From Carpediemonas membranifera BICM (lineage: Eukaryota > Protista > Fornicata), in NCBI GenBank assembly GCA_019828565.1, contig JAHDYR010000069.1:564799-628798 (forward strand): a DNA stretch of 64,000 bases, written 5' to 3'. Position 1 is the first letter of the stretch; each line of letters starts with the position of its first letter. This document shows positions 12,215-24,197 of the stretch, piece by piece. The translations under genes and the position numbers were made by a program. The notes below the pieces were generated by a model. The model searched no databases. It was not told the DNA's origin and worked only from the letters and a program-made list of their open reading frames with translations.

Positions 12215-12392
12215 TGCTTCATTTATGTTCTGTTACGTAAATACCAGCACACATAAATGAGGCAGCGTGGACTATGACGACCATGGGACGGACCCAGTCG
12301 CGCTCATGGTCATGGGGCGGCGCTTCATAGCACCGCTCCCTTCAACACCACCAGCAGACGAACGAACAACACACCCTTTACACTCATCGCCC

Positions 12393-14054
12393 CTAGTTCA
12401 TGCCCATGCGGCATACAGGGTCGTTAGCAACCATGTCGAGGTCGAGCTTGTGTCCTACGAGCTTCCTGATCTTATCGATGCCGCACTTGATCATGGTCGG
12501 TCGTTCGAGCGAGAGGCCCCATGCAACGACAGTGACGTCAGCAGGCAGCCCCATGGGACGGAGCATCTCTGGCCTGAATACGCCACTGTTGCCGACCTCG
12601 ATATACTTGTTGAGGCCCGGGTGGAAGGCGAAGATTTCCATCGATGGTTCCGTGTAGGGGTTGTACGCGGGCTTGAAAGAGACCTCGGGCATGCCGAGCT
12701 TGGTGAAGAACTCGCGGATGATGCCCATGAGGTGGCCGATATGGAGTCCGCGGCCGCAGACGAAGCCTTCCACCTGGTGGAACTCGGCGAGGTGGGTCGC
12801 GTCGATTGTCTCATTGCGGAACACGCGGTCGATCGAGAACAGCTTCACAGGCTCGAACTCGCCAGTAGCCACGTACTTCTGTCCGATAGCGTGGAGCATG
12901 CGGGCAGACACGGCCGTGGTGTGGGTCCGCATGATGTTCTTCCGGCTCTCCATTGCAGACCACTCATACTCATAGCCGCGCGACTGCTGGCACTCCACGT
13001 CGGTCTCAGCGCCCTTGATGTGGCCAAGACCGTGCTCGTGGGTCTGTTGGACGGAGGAGAAGTAGTCGGGTTGGGCGACGTCCGTGCCGGCCAGGGCCGG
13101 GGTCTTCATGAAGAACGTGTCGTGCTCGTCTCTGGCCGGGTGCTGCTGGGGCTGGAAGAGCGTGTCGAAGTTCCAGAAGCTGGATTCGACGTAGTGGTCT
13201 GTGGGCATCTCCTGGAAGCCCATGTTTGTCAAGATGTTACGGTACTCGGTGCGGACCTTCATCAGAGGGTGGAGGGCGCCGTGGTCGGGGACAGCGCCCT
13301 CAGCGCCGAAGTTCAGGGGCTTGAAGGTCATGTCCTGCCACTTGCCACTGAGCATGTCGTCGGCAGAGAGCTCCGTCTCGAGGACGACGTTGTACGTGTC
13401 AATGTTCGGGCCGACGGTGACGTTGTACACCGTGGTGGGCTTCTTGGCGATCATCTTGGAGTAATCACGCTTGAAGTCCTTGGCGGTGATGTGAGAGGGG
13501 AGGGTGTTCGACTTGGCGACGCTTTCGAGGGTGGCGCGGAGGGCGTCGCTCTCGGAAACTACGGAGTCGAAGGCGGCGGTGAACTTCTCGGTCTTAGAGA
13601 CGAAGATCTTGACGATCTTTTTGCCATCGGCCTCCTCTTGCTGCTTCTCGGTGGAGATGGCCTGCTTCTTGCGAAGACGGCCCATGATGGCGTTCAGGGC
13701 GCGGTCGTCCACAGCACCAAAGGTCTTGGAAAGCTCCTGCTTGAGAGTGGTCTGCTCAACGGGCTCCTCGTTGCCCTGGAGGATCTTGGCAAGAAGAAGG
13801 TCGGAAGAACCAGAGGCAAGGATTGCCTCGCCTTCAGCGGTAAGGAAGTACTTGTCTACAGCAGTCTTGGTGAACTTAAGTGCATCCTTGCCAGGATCAG
13901 GGCCCAGAGCGCGGAGACGAGACTCGATGGTCTCGATCGAAAGCTGGGACTCGTCATTTGTATTCTTGACAAGCTCATTGTGGATATCTATCGAAGAGAT
14001 GGAGCCATTCCCCTTAACAAGCTCTACAATACGGTCGTCGAGTGACTGAGCCAT
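12393..14054 (-). CDS. FARSA: Phenylalanyl-tRNA synthetase alpha subunit (eukaryotic)
   Basis: [71 protein letters not shown]. Confidence 0.97.
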   Translation of the reverse strand: MAQSLDDRIVELVKGNGSISSIDIHNELVKNTNDESQLSIETIESRLRALGPDPGKDALKFTKTAVDKYFLTAEGEAILASGSSDLLLAKILQGNEEPVEQTTLKQELSKTFGAVDDRALNAIMGRLRKKQAISTEKQQEEADGKKIVKIFVSKTEKFTAAFDSVVSESDALRATLESVAKSNTLPSHITAKDFKRDYSKMIAKKPTTVYNVTVGPNIDTYNVVLETELSADDMLSGKWQDMTFKPLNFGAEGAVPDHGALHPLMKVRTEYRNILTNMGFQEMPTDHYVESSFWNFDTLFQPQQHPARDEHDTFFMKTPALAGTDVAQPDYFSSVQQTHEHGLGHIKGAETDVECQQSRGYEYEWSAMESRKNIMRTHTTAVSARMLHAIGQKYVATGEFEPVKLFSIDRVFRNETIDATHLAEFHQVEGFVCGRGLHIGHLMGIIREFFTKLGMPEVSFKPAYNPYTEPSMEIFAFHPGLNKYIEVGNSGVFRPEMLRPMGLPADVTVVAWGLSLERPTMIKCGIDKIRKLVGHKLDLDMVANDPVCRMGMN

Positions 14055-14281
14055 GATTCTACCTGCTGAGCAGATCTGACAAAACCCTGCATGGATGAGA
14101 AGAGTTTGGCGGCTAGAATGAAGTTGGTATGGGCATAAATGGGTGCTTCGTGTGTTTCTAGTGCACTTTCAATCACATTTCATCAACGATAAAATATTGG
14201 ATGAGCATATGATCTGCCAACAGAAATCAGCACCTGGCCAGCGCCACTCTTCACCACCCTGCATGGCCCCATTCTATCTAT

Positions 14282-14914
14282 TTACGCAATCTCCACGCCC
14301 GTCGTGGGCTCAGCCACCTCCGCCTCAGGCTCGAGCTTGTGGGCCCGGCGCTTGATCTCGCGCTCCTGGATTTCAAGCTTCCGCATTCTGGCGTGGATAA
14401 GCTTTGTCTCCTCCTTCATAGCCGTGCGGATGATCTTTCCGAGATGAGCCTCACGCCTGTCGCGGTGGGCATGCATATCGTTGAAGTGGCGCTCCCGCAT
14501 ACCGAGGTGGCGGATGGGGTGGCGGAGGTACTCTTCCATCCGCTGGGGCCGGGGCACCGTGCGGATACGCTCGTTCTCGAAGAAGGGGTTGTAGGTGAGG
14601 AATGCTGCCGAGACCACGTTGGCAATAGGATGCTGGACGTCGGAGGGAGGCTTGTCGAAATTCTTCGCGGCTTCCTCCACCTTGCGGAGGTCGTGGCGGG
14701 CGAACTTGCTACGGTGGTGGAGGTACTCCTCACGATTGATCTTTGCCTGCTCGATCTCCGCGATGACGCTGTCCTCGGTCTTTGAAGGACTGCGCTTGTT
14801 CAAGCGGTTGAGAGAGCGCGGCATGGGGCGAATGGGGTGCTGGAGCTGCACAGCAAAGCCCGTGTAGCCCCGGGTGGCGTAGCCAAGACGGTATGATGGT
14901 TGTTCAGTGTCCAT
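14282..14914 (-). CDS. Hypothetical basic/coiled-coil protein
   Basis: 210-aa ATG ORF with typical codon bias. No recognised domain. Confidence 0.6.
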   Translation of the reverse strand: MDTEQPSYRLGYATRGYTGFAVQLQHPIRPMPRSLNRLNKRSPSKTEDSVIAEIEQAKINREEYLHHRSKFARHDLRKVEEAAKNFDKPPSDVQHPIANVVSAAFLTYNPFFENERIRTVPRPQRMEEYLRHPIRHLGMRERHFNDMHAHRDRREAHLGKIIRTAMKEETKLIHARMRKLEIQEREIKRRAHKLEPEAEVAEPTTGVEIA

Positions 14915-15191
14915 CGATGAGTTTTGATTCTGTTGAAGGTTCTAAAGGCGTTCAAGCGTTCTTAATTCGCATCGGTTCTTCGCATGGTCTAATCCGGCAA
15001 AACCTCAAAGCCCCCTGACAAGTGAATGTTGGCCCGTGGCAGTGCCTCTGAGATGAAGAATGGTCAGCAGAGAGTGATAATCCAGACTGTTCTCACTCCT
15101 CATCTTGCCACCACCATGAACCATGAAGACAATAATGGGACGACGTTTATCCTGGATATGGTACAACACCCGAATGTGAGTTAGCCCCTCT

Positions 15192-15947
15192 TCACTCGCC
15201 CGATAGCGTGTCAGCGATCCAACGGTGCACAGCGACGAAATCAGAGAACGAGATGTTCTCAATGTGCCCCTCAACCTCAGCAGCCTGTGGCATGGCGTGT
15301 GCGGGCAGAGTACTGAGGATGAGCGTGTGTATGGCCGCCCCCGAGACCATGGGCAGGAACAGGGTCACGACGACCCTGCCGATCGTGTACGCCTCGATGA
15401 CCTTCCGGCCGCTAAAAACAGAGTAAGAGTGCACTGTCGCATCAGTAGGAGCGACGTCTATGCCTTCAGCTGAGGCTACGATTGCTGCTCTCGAGTCGAG
15501 GACGCCGTCGCGGAGAGTGGTTACGCCGAGTCGCATGGAACCAAAGGAAAAGTTCGCGCCGCCGAGAGCCTCGTTCATGATGAGGGCGCCAATACCGGTG
15601 GCGTACATGCGGATCCCGTTGGTTACTGGATCGACTGCTTTGACCCATTCAACGAGCTCATTGATCCAACGGAGCATCGGAGAGCGCTTGTTCTCGGTAG
15701 AAACAAGAAGTGAAGGGTTACACCCAGCAACAACCACTACGTCGTAGAATCCATTGAGTACAGCGTCCACACGGGGTAAAATATGCTTAAACGCGTAAAA
15801 GCACGACATCGCGGCGTTTTCGTTACCAACAGCGCTGAGAATAGGGACATGAGCTCCTTGCCAGTCTCTATCGGTATAAATAACAGCAATGCGCATATGT
15901 CTGGTCATGAGACGTCGATAGACCGTCGTTGGAATTTTTTTGTGCAT
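15192..15947 (-). CDS. Class I glutamine amidotransferase-like protein, probably catalytically inactive
   Basis: YDVVVVAG...WINELVEWVK...MYATGIGALIMNEALGG parallels the GICxGxQxxxxxLGG elbow but lacks the Cys. Confidence 0.55.
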   Translation of the reverse strand: MHKKIPTTVYRRLMTRHMRIAVIYTDRDWQGAHVPILSAVGNENAAMSCFYAFKHILPRVDAVLNGFYDVVVVAGCNPSLLVSTENKRSPMLRWINELVEWVKAVDPVTNGIRMYATGIGALIMNEALGGANFSFGSMRLGVTTLRDGVLDSRAAIVASAEGIDVAPTDATVHSYSVFSGRKVIEAYTIGRVVVTLFLPMVSGAAIHTLILSTLPAHAMPQAAEVEGHIENISFSDFVAVHRWIADTLSGE

Positions 15948-16648
15948 GTCGCCATTCGCTGAGCGGAGACCGAAACAATCGACCTGACTCAGCACGGTGG
16001 CTGGTGCTAGACGTGTATACGTGCATGTAATATCTGGACATGTCTCAACTCAGGTTTTCGGGGATTCCAATAGTTTTTTACGATGACACTAAGAACTATG
16101 TCCGAAGAGGCCAGCGATGAACTCGGTCAGGTGGATGGCAGTCTTGGTCGTGAAGTATCCGAGAATGAGGCTGGCGGAAATGAGGATGACTGGGTAAGGA
16201 GCACTGGTTGGACTAACAGAGAAATACCCGCTTTTCTGAGGCAAATAAGCCGTAGTAGTTTGTGACGATAGATAGAGTTAGCAGGCGTCGCTTCATCGGC
16301 TTCATCGGTGCGAAATCGCACAGGTTCGGCGTTACCTCACGCGTATTGAAAGTTTCGGTCGCATTCACGTCGCTATCTGTCATATATTGATGTTTTCTCG
16401 CTTATTCGTGGCTATGATGCCTTGTCTGCGCTTTTGCATGTCATACTTGATGGCGATGACGGGAAAATGGGAAAGACCATAACAACGTAAATCTGAGGAT
16501 TCAAGCTCAGGAGCACGCCATATGGTAGTGATACGCTCAGTTTAGAGCACAGGAACATGTGGGTTGACCATTGTTCGAGCAATGCGATGATTAGCGGATT
16601 ATGCTGCTCTTTTCGTCGAAACAAGAACATGGGAAGCAAGTGTGTTGT

Positions 16649-17990
16649 TTACATGTCGGCGTACTCCTCCTCCTCCTCGTCGAACTCACCCTCCTCCTCG
16701 GCGGTGGCCTCCTGGTACTGCTGGTACTCGGAAACGAGATCGTTCATGTTGGACTCGGCCTCAGTGAATTCCATCTCGTCCATGCCCTCACCAGTGTACC
16801 AGTGAAGGAAGGCCTTGCGACGGAACATAGCAGTGAACTGCTCAGAGACGCGCTTGAAGAGCTCCTGGATGGCGGTGGAGTTGCCGATGAAGGTGGCAGA
16901 CATCTTGAGGCCCTTGGGAGGGATGTCACAGACGGAAGCCTTCACGTTGTTGGGGGATCCACTCAACGAAGTAGGAAGAGTTCTTGTTCTGGATGTTGAG
17001 CATCATCTCATCAACCTCCTTGGTGGACATGCGGCCACGGAAGAGAGCAGAGGCGGTGAGGTAGCGGCCGTGACGGGGGTCGGAGGCAGCCATCATGTTC
17101 TTGGCATCGAACATCTGGGAGACAAGCTCGGGGACAGAGAGGGCGCGGTACTGCTGGGAGCCGCGGGAGGTCAGGGGAGCGAAGCCAACGAGGAAGAAGT
17201 GGAGACGGGGGAAGGGGACCAGGTTGACAGCGAGCTTACGGAGGTCAGAGTTGAGCTGGCCAGGGAAGCGGAGGCAGCAGGTGACGCCGGACATGACGAG
17301 GGAGACGAGGTGGTTGAGGTCACCGTAGGTGGGGGTGGTGAGCTTGAGGGTACGGAAGCAGATGTCGTACAGGGCCTCGTTATCGATGCAGAAGACCTCA
17401 TCGGAGTTCTCAACGAGCTGGTGAACGGAGAGAGTAGCGTTGTAGGGCTCGACAACAGTGTCGGAAACCTTGGGGGAAGGCACGACAGAGAAGGTGGTGA
17501 GCATACGGTCGGGGTACTCCTCACGGATCTTAGCGATCAGAAGAGTGCCGAGGCCGGCACCGGTGCCACCGCCAAGGGAGTGGGTCATCTGGAAGCCCTG
17601 AAGGGCGTCGCAGCCCTCAGCCTCCTTGCGGACAACATCGAGGACGGCGTCGACGAGCTCAGCACCCTCGGTGTAGTGGCCCTTGGCCCAGTTGTTGCCA
17701 GCACCGCTCTGGCCGAAAACGAAGTTGTCGGGGCGGAAGAGCTGACCGAAGGGACCAGCGCGGACAGAGTCCATGGTGCCGGGCTCGAGGTCAACGAGAA
17801 CAGCGCGGGGGACGTAGCGGCCGCCGGTAGCCTCGTTGTAGTACACGTTGATGCGCTCGATCTGGAGCTCGGAGTCACCGTTGTACTTGCCAGCGGGGTC
17901 GATGCCGTGCTCGTCGGAGACAACCTCCCAGAACTTGGCACCAATCTGGTTACCGCACTGACCAGCCTGAATGTGGACGATCTCTCTCAT
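16649..17990 (-). CDS. TUBB: Beta-tubulin (one-base frameshift at G-run 16952-16956)
   Basis: [24 protein letters not shown] and an acidic tail. The span is 1342 nt = 3n+1, and deleting one G restores EWIPNNVK. Confidence 0.97.
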
Positions 17991-18323
17991 TTTCTGTGTA
18001 GGAAGGAGAAATTTTGCCATGTCTTTGGTCCTCTCAATGATTCTCTCAACAATGCTGCAAAAGCAGAGCATCAAGAGCTTATGAGCATTGTGAAGCTCAG
18101 GCGCCAGCCTGGACCTCAATTCATGGCTTTGTTGAAACAAACGAAGTATGTGTCGAAGTGACGACTCCGCCGCAGAATTTCCACAGTCGCAAGAATTTCT
18201 GCCATGCTCTAGATTAAGTGTCCCGAGGGTCTTTGCCTCCAATTGAAGGAGCCGGGAAGTGGTAAAGCCATTTACAAAGGACGGCAGGGTTCGTTGCCTC
18301 AATTCCGACGCGGATTCGCAGTT

Positions 18324-19142
18324 TTACAAAGAAAACGCCTCCTTGAAGGCTGTTTGGTTCTTCATGTTTCCAGCTGGAATAGCGAATGTCACATGCCTGA
18401 AGCTCCCCTCAAAGTCGCCCAAGAGCAAGTCGGCGAACATCTTGGCGATGTCGGCGGAGCTGTTCTTAAACACGCCGGCTCCCCAGGCGCCAAGGACGAG
18501 AACGTCATGACCCTGGGCGGCGCACACATTGAGCATGATTCTTGCCCTCTCGTCCATAACAGCCTGGGCCTGAGCCAGCTCCCCAGTATTATTTTTTGCC
18601 TCGAGGGCGCCTCTATTAACTGCAGCCGAGGACACGACAGAGACAGTAAATGGCTCAATGAGTGCGCCAGAGTCGTTTCGGATGACTGGGACGTCCCTGC
18701 AGTGGGTCATGGCGTGGGTGTACAAGCATGTCCCGCACGCCTTGCCGACCTCATAAATCTCGTGGCCGACGATGCACGGGTAGAGCCCGGTGGACCGGGC
18801 AAGGCTCTCCTCCTGTGCCTGACTCCCACCGAGGAACCCACCGCCCGGGTTCTTGGCGGAGGCGAAGTTGAGGACCATGACGGATTGCTCGGGATGCGTG
18901 GCGGTAAGGCGAGCAGCCGCCTCGAGCGTAGTCTCGTCAGTGATCTCTATTGTGGTCGCGTGCTTGCCCTTGGGCGCCTGTGGGACATTGGGGGCGTTAT
19001 CCGGGGAGTAGTATGTCAGACTGCCCTTTGCCGCGGCCATGGCAGCTGAAATGTCGATATTGCGGCCGTTGATAGTGTAAAAGCCTTTCTCTAGGATCTG
19101 AAGCGTCTCCTGTGCAAGATTAGCTCTCTTTCCGCGGTTCAT
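18324..19142 (-). CDS. TIGR02452/DUF2263 family bacterial-type poly(ADP-ribose) glycohydrolase
   Basis: VLNFASAKNPGGGFLGGSQAQEESLARST and LVLGAWGAGVFKN signature motifs. Confidence 0.9.
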   Translation of the reverse strand: MNRGKRANLAQETLQILEKGFYTINGRNIDISAAMAAAKGSLTYYSPDNAPNVPQAPKGKHATTIEITDETTLEAAARLTATHPEQSVMVLNFASAKNPGGGFLGGSQAQEESLARSTGLYPCIVGHEIYEVGKACGTCLYTHAMTHCRDVPVIRNDSGALIEPFTVSVVSSAAVNRGALEAKNNTGELAQAQAVMDERARIMLNVCAAQGHDVLVLGAWGAGVFKNSSADIAKMFADLLLGDFEGSFRHVTFAIPAGNMKNQTAFKEAFSL

Positions 19143-19398
19143 GATCTGTGGGCGCTCATCATTCGCGAGATTGACCCCAGCAAGATCCAATCACACTCAG
19201 ATCCAATGCGACCAATGTATGATACCTGTCTGTTCATGGCCAGGCGCTGCTGTAACGGCCAAGATTTCTCCACCAGCCCCTTTCGATCAGACTGAGAGCG
19301 CCATCGCCGGCCACTCTGAACCGAGTACACCCCCAAAAGACTCTAACGCCACAGCATCTCACCCCAGTCACGCTCTCGGGATATTTATCACGGAGACC

Positions 19399-20105
19399 TC
19401 ACACGCACACGGTGCACGATGCCTTCGCCTGCGCCTCGATGACGTTCGACCAGACCTGATCCCAGTCCACGGAGTCCCACCACTTCTTGAAGTACTCAAT
19501 CTTGCGGTTCTCGTAGTCGACGTAGAAGGCGTGCTCCCACAGGTCCTGGCACAACACTGGGAACATGTCGAGAGTGGCGACGGGAGTGTCTGCATTGGAA
19601 GTGGTGACGATCTTCAGCTCGCCCTCGTGCTCGACGAGCCAGCACCAGCCAGAGCCGAAGTGCTGCATGGCGGCTGTCTCCCATTCGCGCTTGAAGCAGT
19701 CGATGGACCCAAACTCTTCGGTGATGCGGGTCTCGAGGGAAGGGGGCATGGGCCGACTGTTGCGCGTCATGCAGGACCAGAAGAAGCTGTGGTTGAAGTG
19801 CTGGGCAGCGTTGTTGAAGAGCTGCTTGCGCTGGGGGAAGGCGGCGAGAGAGGAATTGGCCTCGGGGTTTGCGGCCTCGAAGATGACCTGCTCAACGGAG
19901 GCATCCTGCATGTTGACCTGCTTGGCGAGCTTGTTGAGCTTGTTGACGTATGCCTGTGGTAATAGTGCTGGACTTATTGACAAACCTTGTGGTGCAGCGC
20001 GTGAAGATCAAGCTGGTGGCCAGAGAAGACACCATCAAGGCCGTGACCGTCCATATAGGCAACAGGGGGCATGGCAAAGAGAGTTCTAGTGAAAGTAGAG
20101 AGCAT
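19399..20105 (-). CDS. Fe/Mn superoxide dismutase (Fe-type); intron 19954-19985; putative organelle presequence
   Basis: Exon 1 reads MLSTFTRTLFAMPPVAY...LDLHALHHK and exon 2 reads AYVNKLN...FNNAAQHFNHSFFW...FGSGWCW...DLWEHAFYVDY. The 32-nt intron is GTTTGT...CCACAG. Confidence 0.92.
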
Positions 20106-20443
20106 CGTGTTCGATGAAATGGTTGTATCTTGACTGGTCTCGATCCGTCTCGCTGCCCCGGCGTGGCTCCCGCGGCACCAACAAGACGAGCACAGCACAT
20201 TTATACCGTATATAGAGCACACCTCACGCGTTGGCAGGCCGGTGCCTTGGGATTTGGCCATCTTTACGCGGTGACACAGGGCTCGACTGGATCTAGCGAC
20301 CCCAGTCCCGGCCCTGGCGCGGCTCCTCGTGCTGCGTAGTAAGAGTTATAATAAGCGTAATCATTCTAGCGTCTGCAATCCGATTTGGCTGCTGCGAATC
20401 AATCTAAACCCTCAACCTCAGATCAATCCGCCTGCTCAGCCCA

Positions 20444-21916
20444 TCAGCCCCGACTACCCGAAGCCACAGAGACCTTACCGTCCCCCACCCCATTCCCACC
20501 AAACTCAACGCCACCCCCGACTTTCCCACCTTCCTCGGGTCCATGGGCGACCATGTCAAGCAGGATGTCCCATAGCTCAACAGTCTCTGCCGGAGTCGTC
20601 CCCGCGTCTATCTGGTCCCGGCAGGACTGGACTGCTGTGTTTGCGGTCAGGGGGGAGGCCCAGACGACGCTGTGCATCAGAACCCGGGCCGAGACCACCT
20701 GGACATGGGTCGAGGCATGCTTCTGTGTGTTGTAGAGAAGAGGGAAGACAAGCGTATCGAGGGCAATCTCGAACTGATCCTTGATGACCGCTCGCATCGT
20801 TTGTGTTAACAAGATGCGAAGGGCTGCCTCCGCAATGACCTCATGGTGCGAGCTCACACATAGCCCGAACAGATGAAGGGCGAGGGGCATCACACTGTCG
20901 TACATGGCCAACGGTGTTAGGGCCAGTATCGATTCAAGCTCTGATAAATTCTTAACCGCTTTTCCAGGGTTAGATAACGGCCAATATCTAATTAAATCTC
21001 TAACCACAACCACTGCAAGTCCCGCGTCCTTTTCCACGAGTCTTACTACACACCGACTTAGTCCATCATGGAACGGGGCCGTGTTCTCGACTCTATGAAG
21101 CGGCATGAAAGCCGTATGGAGTGCCTCACCATATTCAGCCTTGAGGGGCGCGCTGAGTCCCTTGATGATTGTTCCATAGACCTCTAGGAGCTCTGCCACG
21201 CCTCCGTGGCGGTGTGGGGTAGCCGCGTACTGCTCCAGGGCCGCGGTCATGAGCCGTCGAACCAGGGGTCGGTGCCCTGGCGCCCGTGTGTATATGCGGT
21301 GCAGCTCGGTCTTGAGGTACTCCCGCTCCTCCGCATCGTCTGTCCTTAGCTGGTCCACCAATCTTGCGATGAGCGATGGTCTAATCGCATGTTTGAGCGT
21401 CCGTGGCTCGACTGATGGGTCCATTATGAATCTGAGGAACGTCTCATGCACCAGCTGAAGCACCGGCCAGTGTACATGCCCAGGTGCATCCCAGATCTCG
21501 TTGGTTGGGTGGATAATATTTGCTGCAATCATGCCCATTAACGCCGAAACTGTCTCTGGGGAAGCGAAGGGGGCAGTGGTCTTCGCTACGTGGTCTAGTA
21601 CGTCGAGGAGACTTCGCCGCTTAACCTCGAGCTGGCTGGCGGTCCGCGAGTTAATCTCGTCTCCTGGGCGAATGAATGAGGTCCCTGTGCACTGTTTCAG
21701 CTTCATATTGAGCATTGACGTTCGTTCTAATGGTGATAACAGCCCAATTGATGGGTAATTCGTATTATCAGCAATGATTGCACGGTTTTCAGCTCCTCTG
21801 TGATGATGGTTGAAAGCTACCGCCTCCCTCTTGTCTGAATCGCCGCTCCCTGGTCCCAAAAACTCGTGTGGAACGTTCTTGTGCCGTCTATGGTGCGTGC
21901 GGCGCCGTCGTTCCAT
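20444..21916 (-). CDS. Protein phosphatase 2A regulatory subunit B' (B56)
   Basis: KLKQC, WPVLQLVHETFLRF, EREYLKTELHRIY, GVAELLEVYGTIIKG, LIRYWP, SSHHEVIAEAAL. Confidence 0.92.
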   Translation of the reverse strand: MERRRRTHHRRHKNVPHEFLGPGSGDSDKREAVAFNHHHRGAENRAIIADNTNYPSIGLLSPLERTSMLNMKLKQCTGTSFIRPGDEINSRTASQLEVKRRSLLDVLDHVAKTTAPFASPETVSALMGMIAANIIHPTNEIWDAPGHVHWPVLQLVHETFLRFIMDPSVEPRTLKHAIRPSLIARLVDQLRTDDAEEREYLKTELHRIYTRAPGHRPLVRRLMTAALEQYAATPHRHGGVAELLEVYGTIIKGLSAPLKAEYGEALHTAFMPLHRVENTAPFHDGLSRCVVRLVEKDAGLAVVVVRDLIRYWPLSNPGKAVKNLSELESILALTPLAMYDSVMPLALHLFGLCVSSHHEVIAEAALRILLTQTMRAVIKDQFEIALDTLVFPLLYNTQKHASTHVQVVSARVLMHSVVWASPLTANTAVQSCRDQIDAGTTPAETVELWDILLDMVAHGPEEGGKVGGGVEFGGNGVGDGKVSVASGSRG

Positions 21917-22334
21917 TCAATCGTTGTGATCGCAGTCGCGCCCGACTTTGACCGCCAATCAGTATTTCTAATCTGATTGGACATGACACACACAACCATG
22001 ACCGACCCCAGTCGCCCGCATGCCGTGGCTTGTCACTTCTTATGGTACTGGGGACATTCGTGGAAAGTGATGAGCGGGGCGAAGACCCTGGTGTGGCCCA
22101 GGATAGACACTGGTGGGCTAGTAGTATCATGCTGAGGGACTACTCCGCTGACAAATGGAGAGTACTGCCAAGGCGAGCAGATTAGACTTGCAACACTCGG
22201 ACAGTTGATACACCCGAGACCGTAACCCATGAACCCGCCTTGTATGGTTGGCAGTCCGCGCACCTGATCCCCGCCAAGAGTTCGGAATGACTCAGTTCAA
22301 GTCGATTTGGTCAAATCTGACAAAACAGGAGTAC

Positions 22335-23230
22335 ATGAGCAGTTTGAGCGAAGAAGAGCTTCAGGACCTTTATTCTGTTCGTGTTCCTAATCAAGCTTAT
22401 CTAGTGGGTAGATACGATTGAACTCAGCCGCCCGAAGAGGAACATAGCCCGTGATTTCAGCGACGCCTGCATGTTTGCTGAACTAGTGCACCAATTCCAT
22501 CCAAATCTTGTTGAACTGCATAACTACTCTCCTGCTAGCTCATTTGATCAGAAGAAGTACAACTGGCAGACACTCAAGAGTTCGTTTCCCTTCCCCATCT
22601 CACGCTGAGAAAATCCTGGGCCGGAGCAAGCTTAATCTCCCTCTCAGCAACGAAGAGATCGCCAGCCTTGCCAAGGCAGAACCTGGTGCCATTGAGGAGC
22701 TCCTCTGGCGTGCCCGGCCGGCGATTGACTCTTTCGTCTTCGTTCCCAAGTCCTCCAGGCCGCGAGAGAGGGAGCGGCCATCCTCGTACATGGAGCGCCA
22801 CAAGGTGGACAAGGATGAGGAGTCACACCCGCCTCCCCGTCGCCACAGGACCCGCCCCTCGGACAGCCCGAGCCCGAGCCCACGGGTGAGCAGAGGGGGT
22901 TCAGCGGAGCCGTACCAGTCTGGCAGCGTGTCGTATGAGTCGGATTATTCTCCCATGTCCCCACCCGCGGGTAGAGCCAATGAAGATGACTATGACGAGT
23001 TTGCCGATGAGTTCGACGACCGGGCCCTGGCCGAGGAGATCGACCGCGAGTTCTCCGATGTCACGGCCCGGGGTGGCCCAACTGTGGAGGAGTATATGAG
23101 GATGAAACACGAGCTTGACGAAAAGAGGAAGCACGTGGCCATTCTCGAAGCAAAGAATATGAAGCTCCAGGAGCTGGCCGCCCTCAGGGGCGAGCAGGTC
23201 CGTACATTGAAGGAGAAGTGCGGCATGTAA
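22335..23230 (+). CDS. SPEF1: SPEF1/CLAMP-like calponin-homology protein; introns 22377-22404 and probably 22580-22607
   Basis: Spliced translation MSSLSEEELQDLYSWVDTIELSRPKRNIARDFSDACMFAELVHQFHPNLVELHNYSPASSFDQKKYNWQTLK matches the SPEF1 CH domain. C-terminal coiled coil is VAILEAKNMKLQELAALR. Confidence 0.88.
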
Positions 23231-23564
23231 CACTAGTAATTTACCGATAATTGCCATAAATCCCTGATCTCTGGTGTGGTGACTTGAGGATCGTGGGTAG
23301 ACCATGTTTCGCGATCCTTCAAGCTGTGAGCTCTACTCAAACGATGCCATGACTTAGGGGCGGTTTGTGGCGATTTGGGCGATTAGTGATCAGTCACCGA
23401 CTCATGGGCTATGGTTGCGGTACGGTGGGCCTGCCCGGCAAGTCAGTCATAAACAAGTCATATCAGACACGACATACTAAGCCGCATTTTAATGCTGATG
23501 CCGTTTTAATACCGATTGCTGCCATATTGGCCGGGTGCTGCGTATTGTTTCATTGACCTTACCA

Positions 23565-24197
23565 CTACAAGAGGAACAGCGGGAGATTGTGTGGGAGATC
23601 CGGATCAGTCACACAGGGCTTGGGAAGCCGAACGAAGTTCAGTTCGGGCACTTTTTGCTGGATGAGGGCGCGGCGAGCCATGACGGGGTAGCTCGGCATT
23701 GAGGGGGTCGGTTTGGCAGTGTCCTTGGGGGCCTTGGAAGGAGCTGCGGCTACATGGCCGCCGGCCTGGAGGAAGCGGGCTCCGTGAGTATCCTGGAGCT
23801 CGGCGCGGGTGATGCCGAATGCCTTGATAACCCGTTTGCGGAACTTCTGGAGATGAGAGGCGACGTTCTCTCTGGTGAGTCCCTCGACGGCCATCTCGTT
23901 GAGGATGAGTCGTGGTGTCGCGGATTTGACGCCGTGCTTAATGACGACGCGACTGAAGCGCTCCTCAAGTTCTGGCGTCCAAGTAACGCGGCGCTTATAC
24001 ATTGCAGTAGTCATCGCCACAGCCATGGCGGTGTTATCGCTAAGCGAAGAAGCCATTGAGACTGGAGAAGAATGGTTGGCAATGAAAGAATTTGCTGGCG
24101 ATGACGTCGCAAGCGCAGGAGCGCAAGCTAGAGCCGCCATTTGGTTCTGTGGTATAACAGCTACTGTAGCTGAAAGAGCTGGAGTGTCATCAGACAT
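23565..24197 (-). CDS. GARP/G2-like (SHAQKYF-class) Myb transcription factor
   Basis: KRRVTWTPELEERF...ATPRLILNEMAVEGLTRENVASHLQKFR. Confidence 0.9.
   Translation of the reverse strand: MSDDTPALSATVAVIPQNQMAALACAPALATSSPANSFIANHSSPVSMASSLSDNTAMAVAMTTAMYKRRVTWTPELEERFSRVVIKHGVKSATPRLILNEMAVEGLTRENVASHLQKFRKRVIKAFGITRAELQDTHGARFLQAGGHVAAAPSKAPKDTAKPTPSMPSYPVMARRALIQQKVPELNFVRLPKPCVTDPDLPHNLPLFLL

Noticed and set aside
16945-16966. Programmed frameshift or split beta-tubulin
   Set aside because: A single extra G in a homopolymer of an otherwise fully conserved gene. The same error type appears near 34725, 62120 and 62562, so it is most likely a sequencing artefact.
12267-18161. Long antisense ORFs (12267-14045 and 16815-18161; likewise 7012-8376 and 35131-36804)
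   Set aside because: Shadow ORFs opposite GC3-rich genes, with no recognisable motifs.
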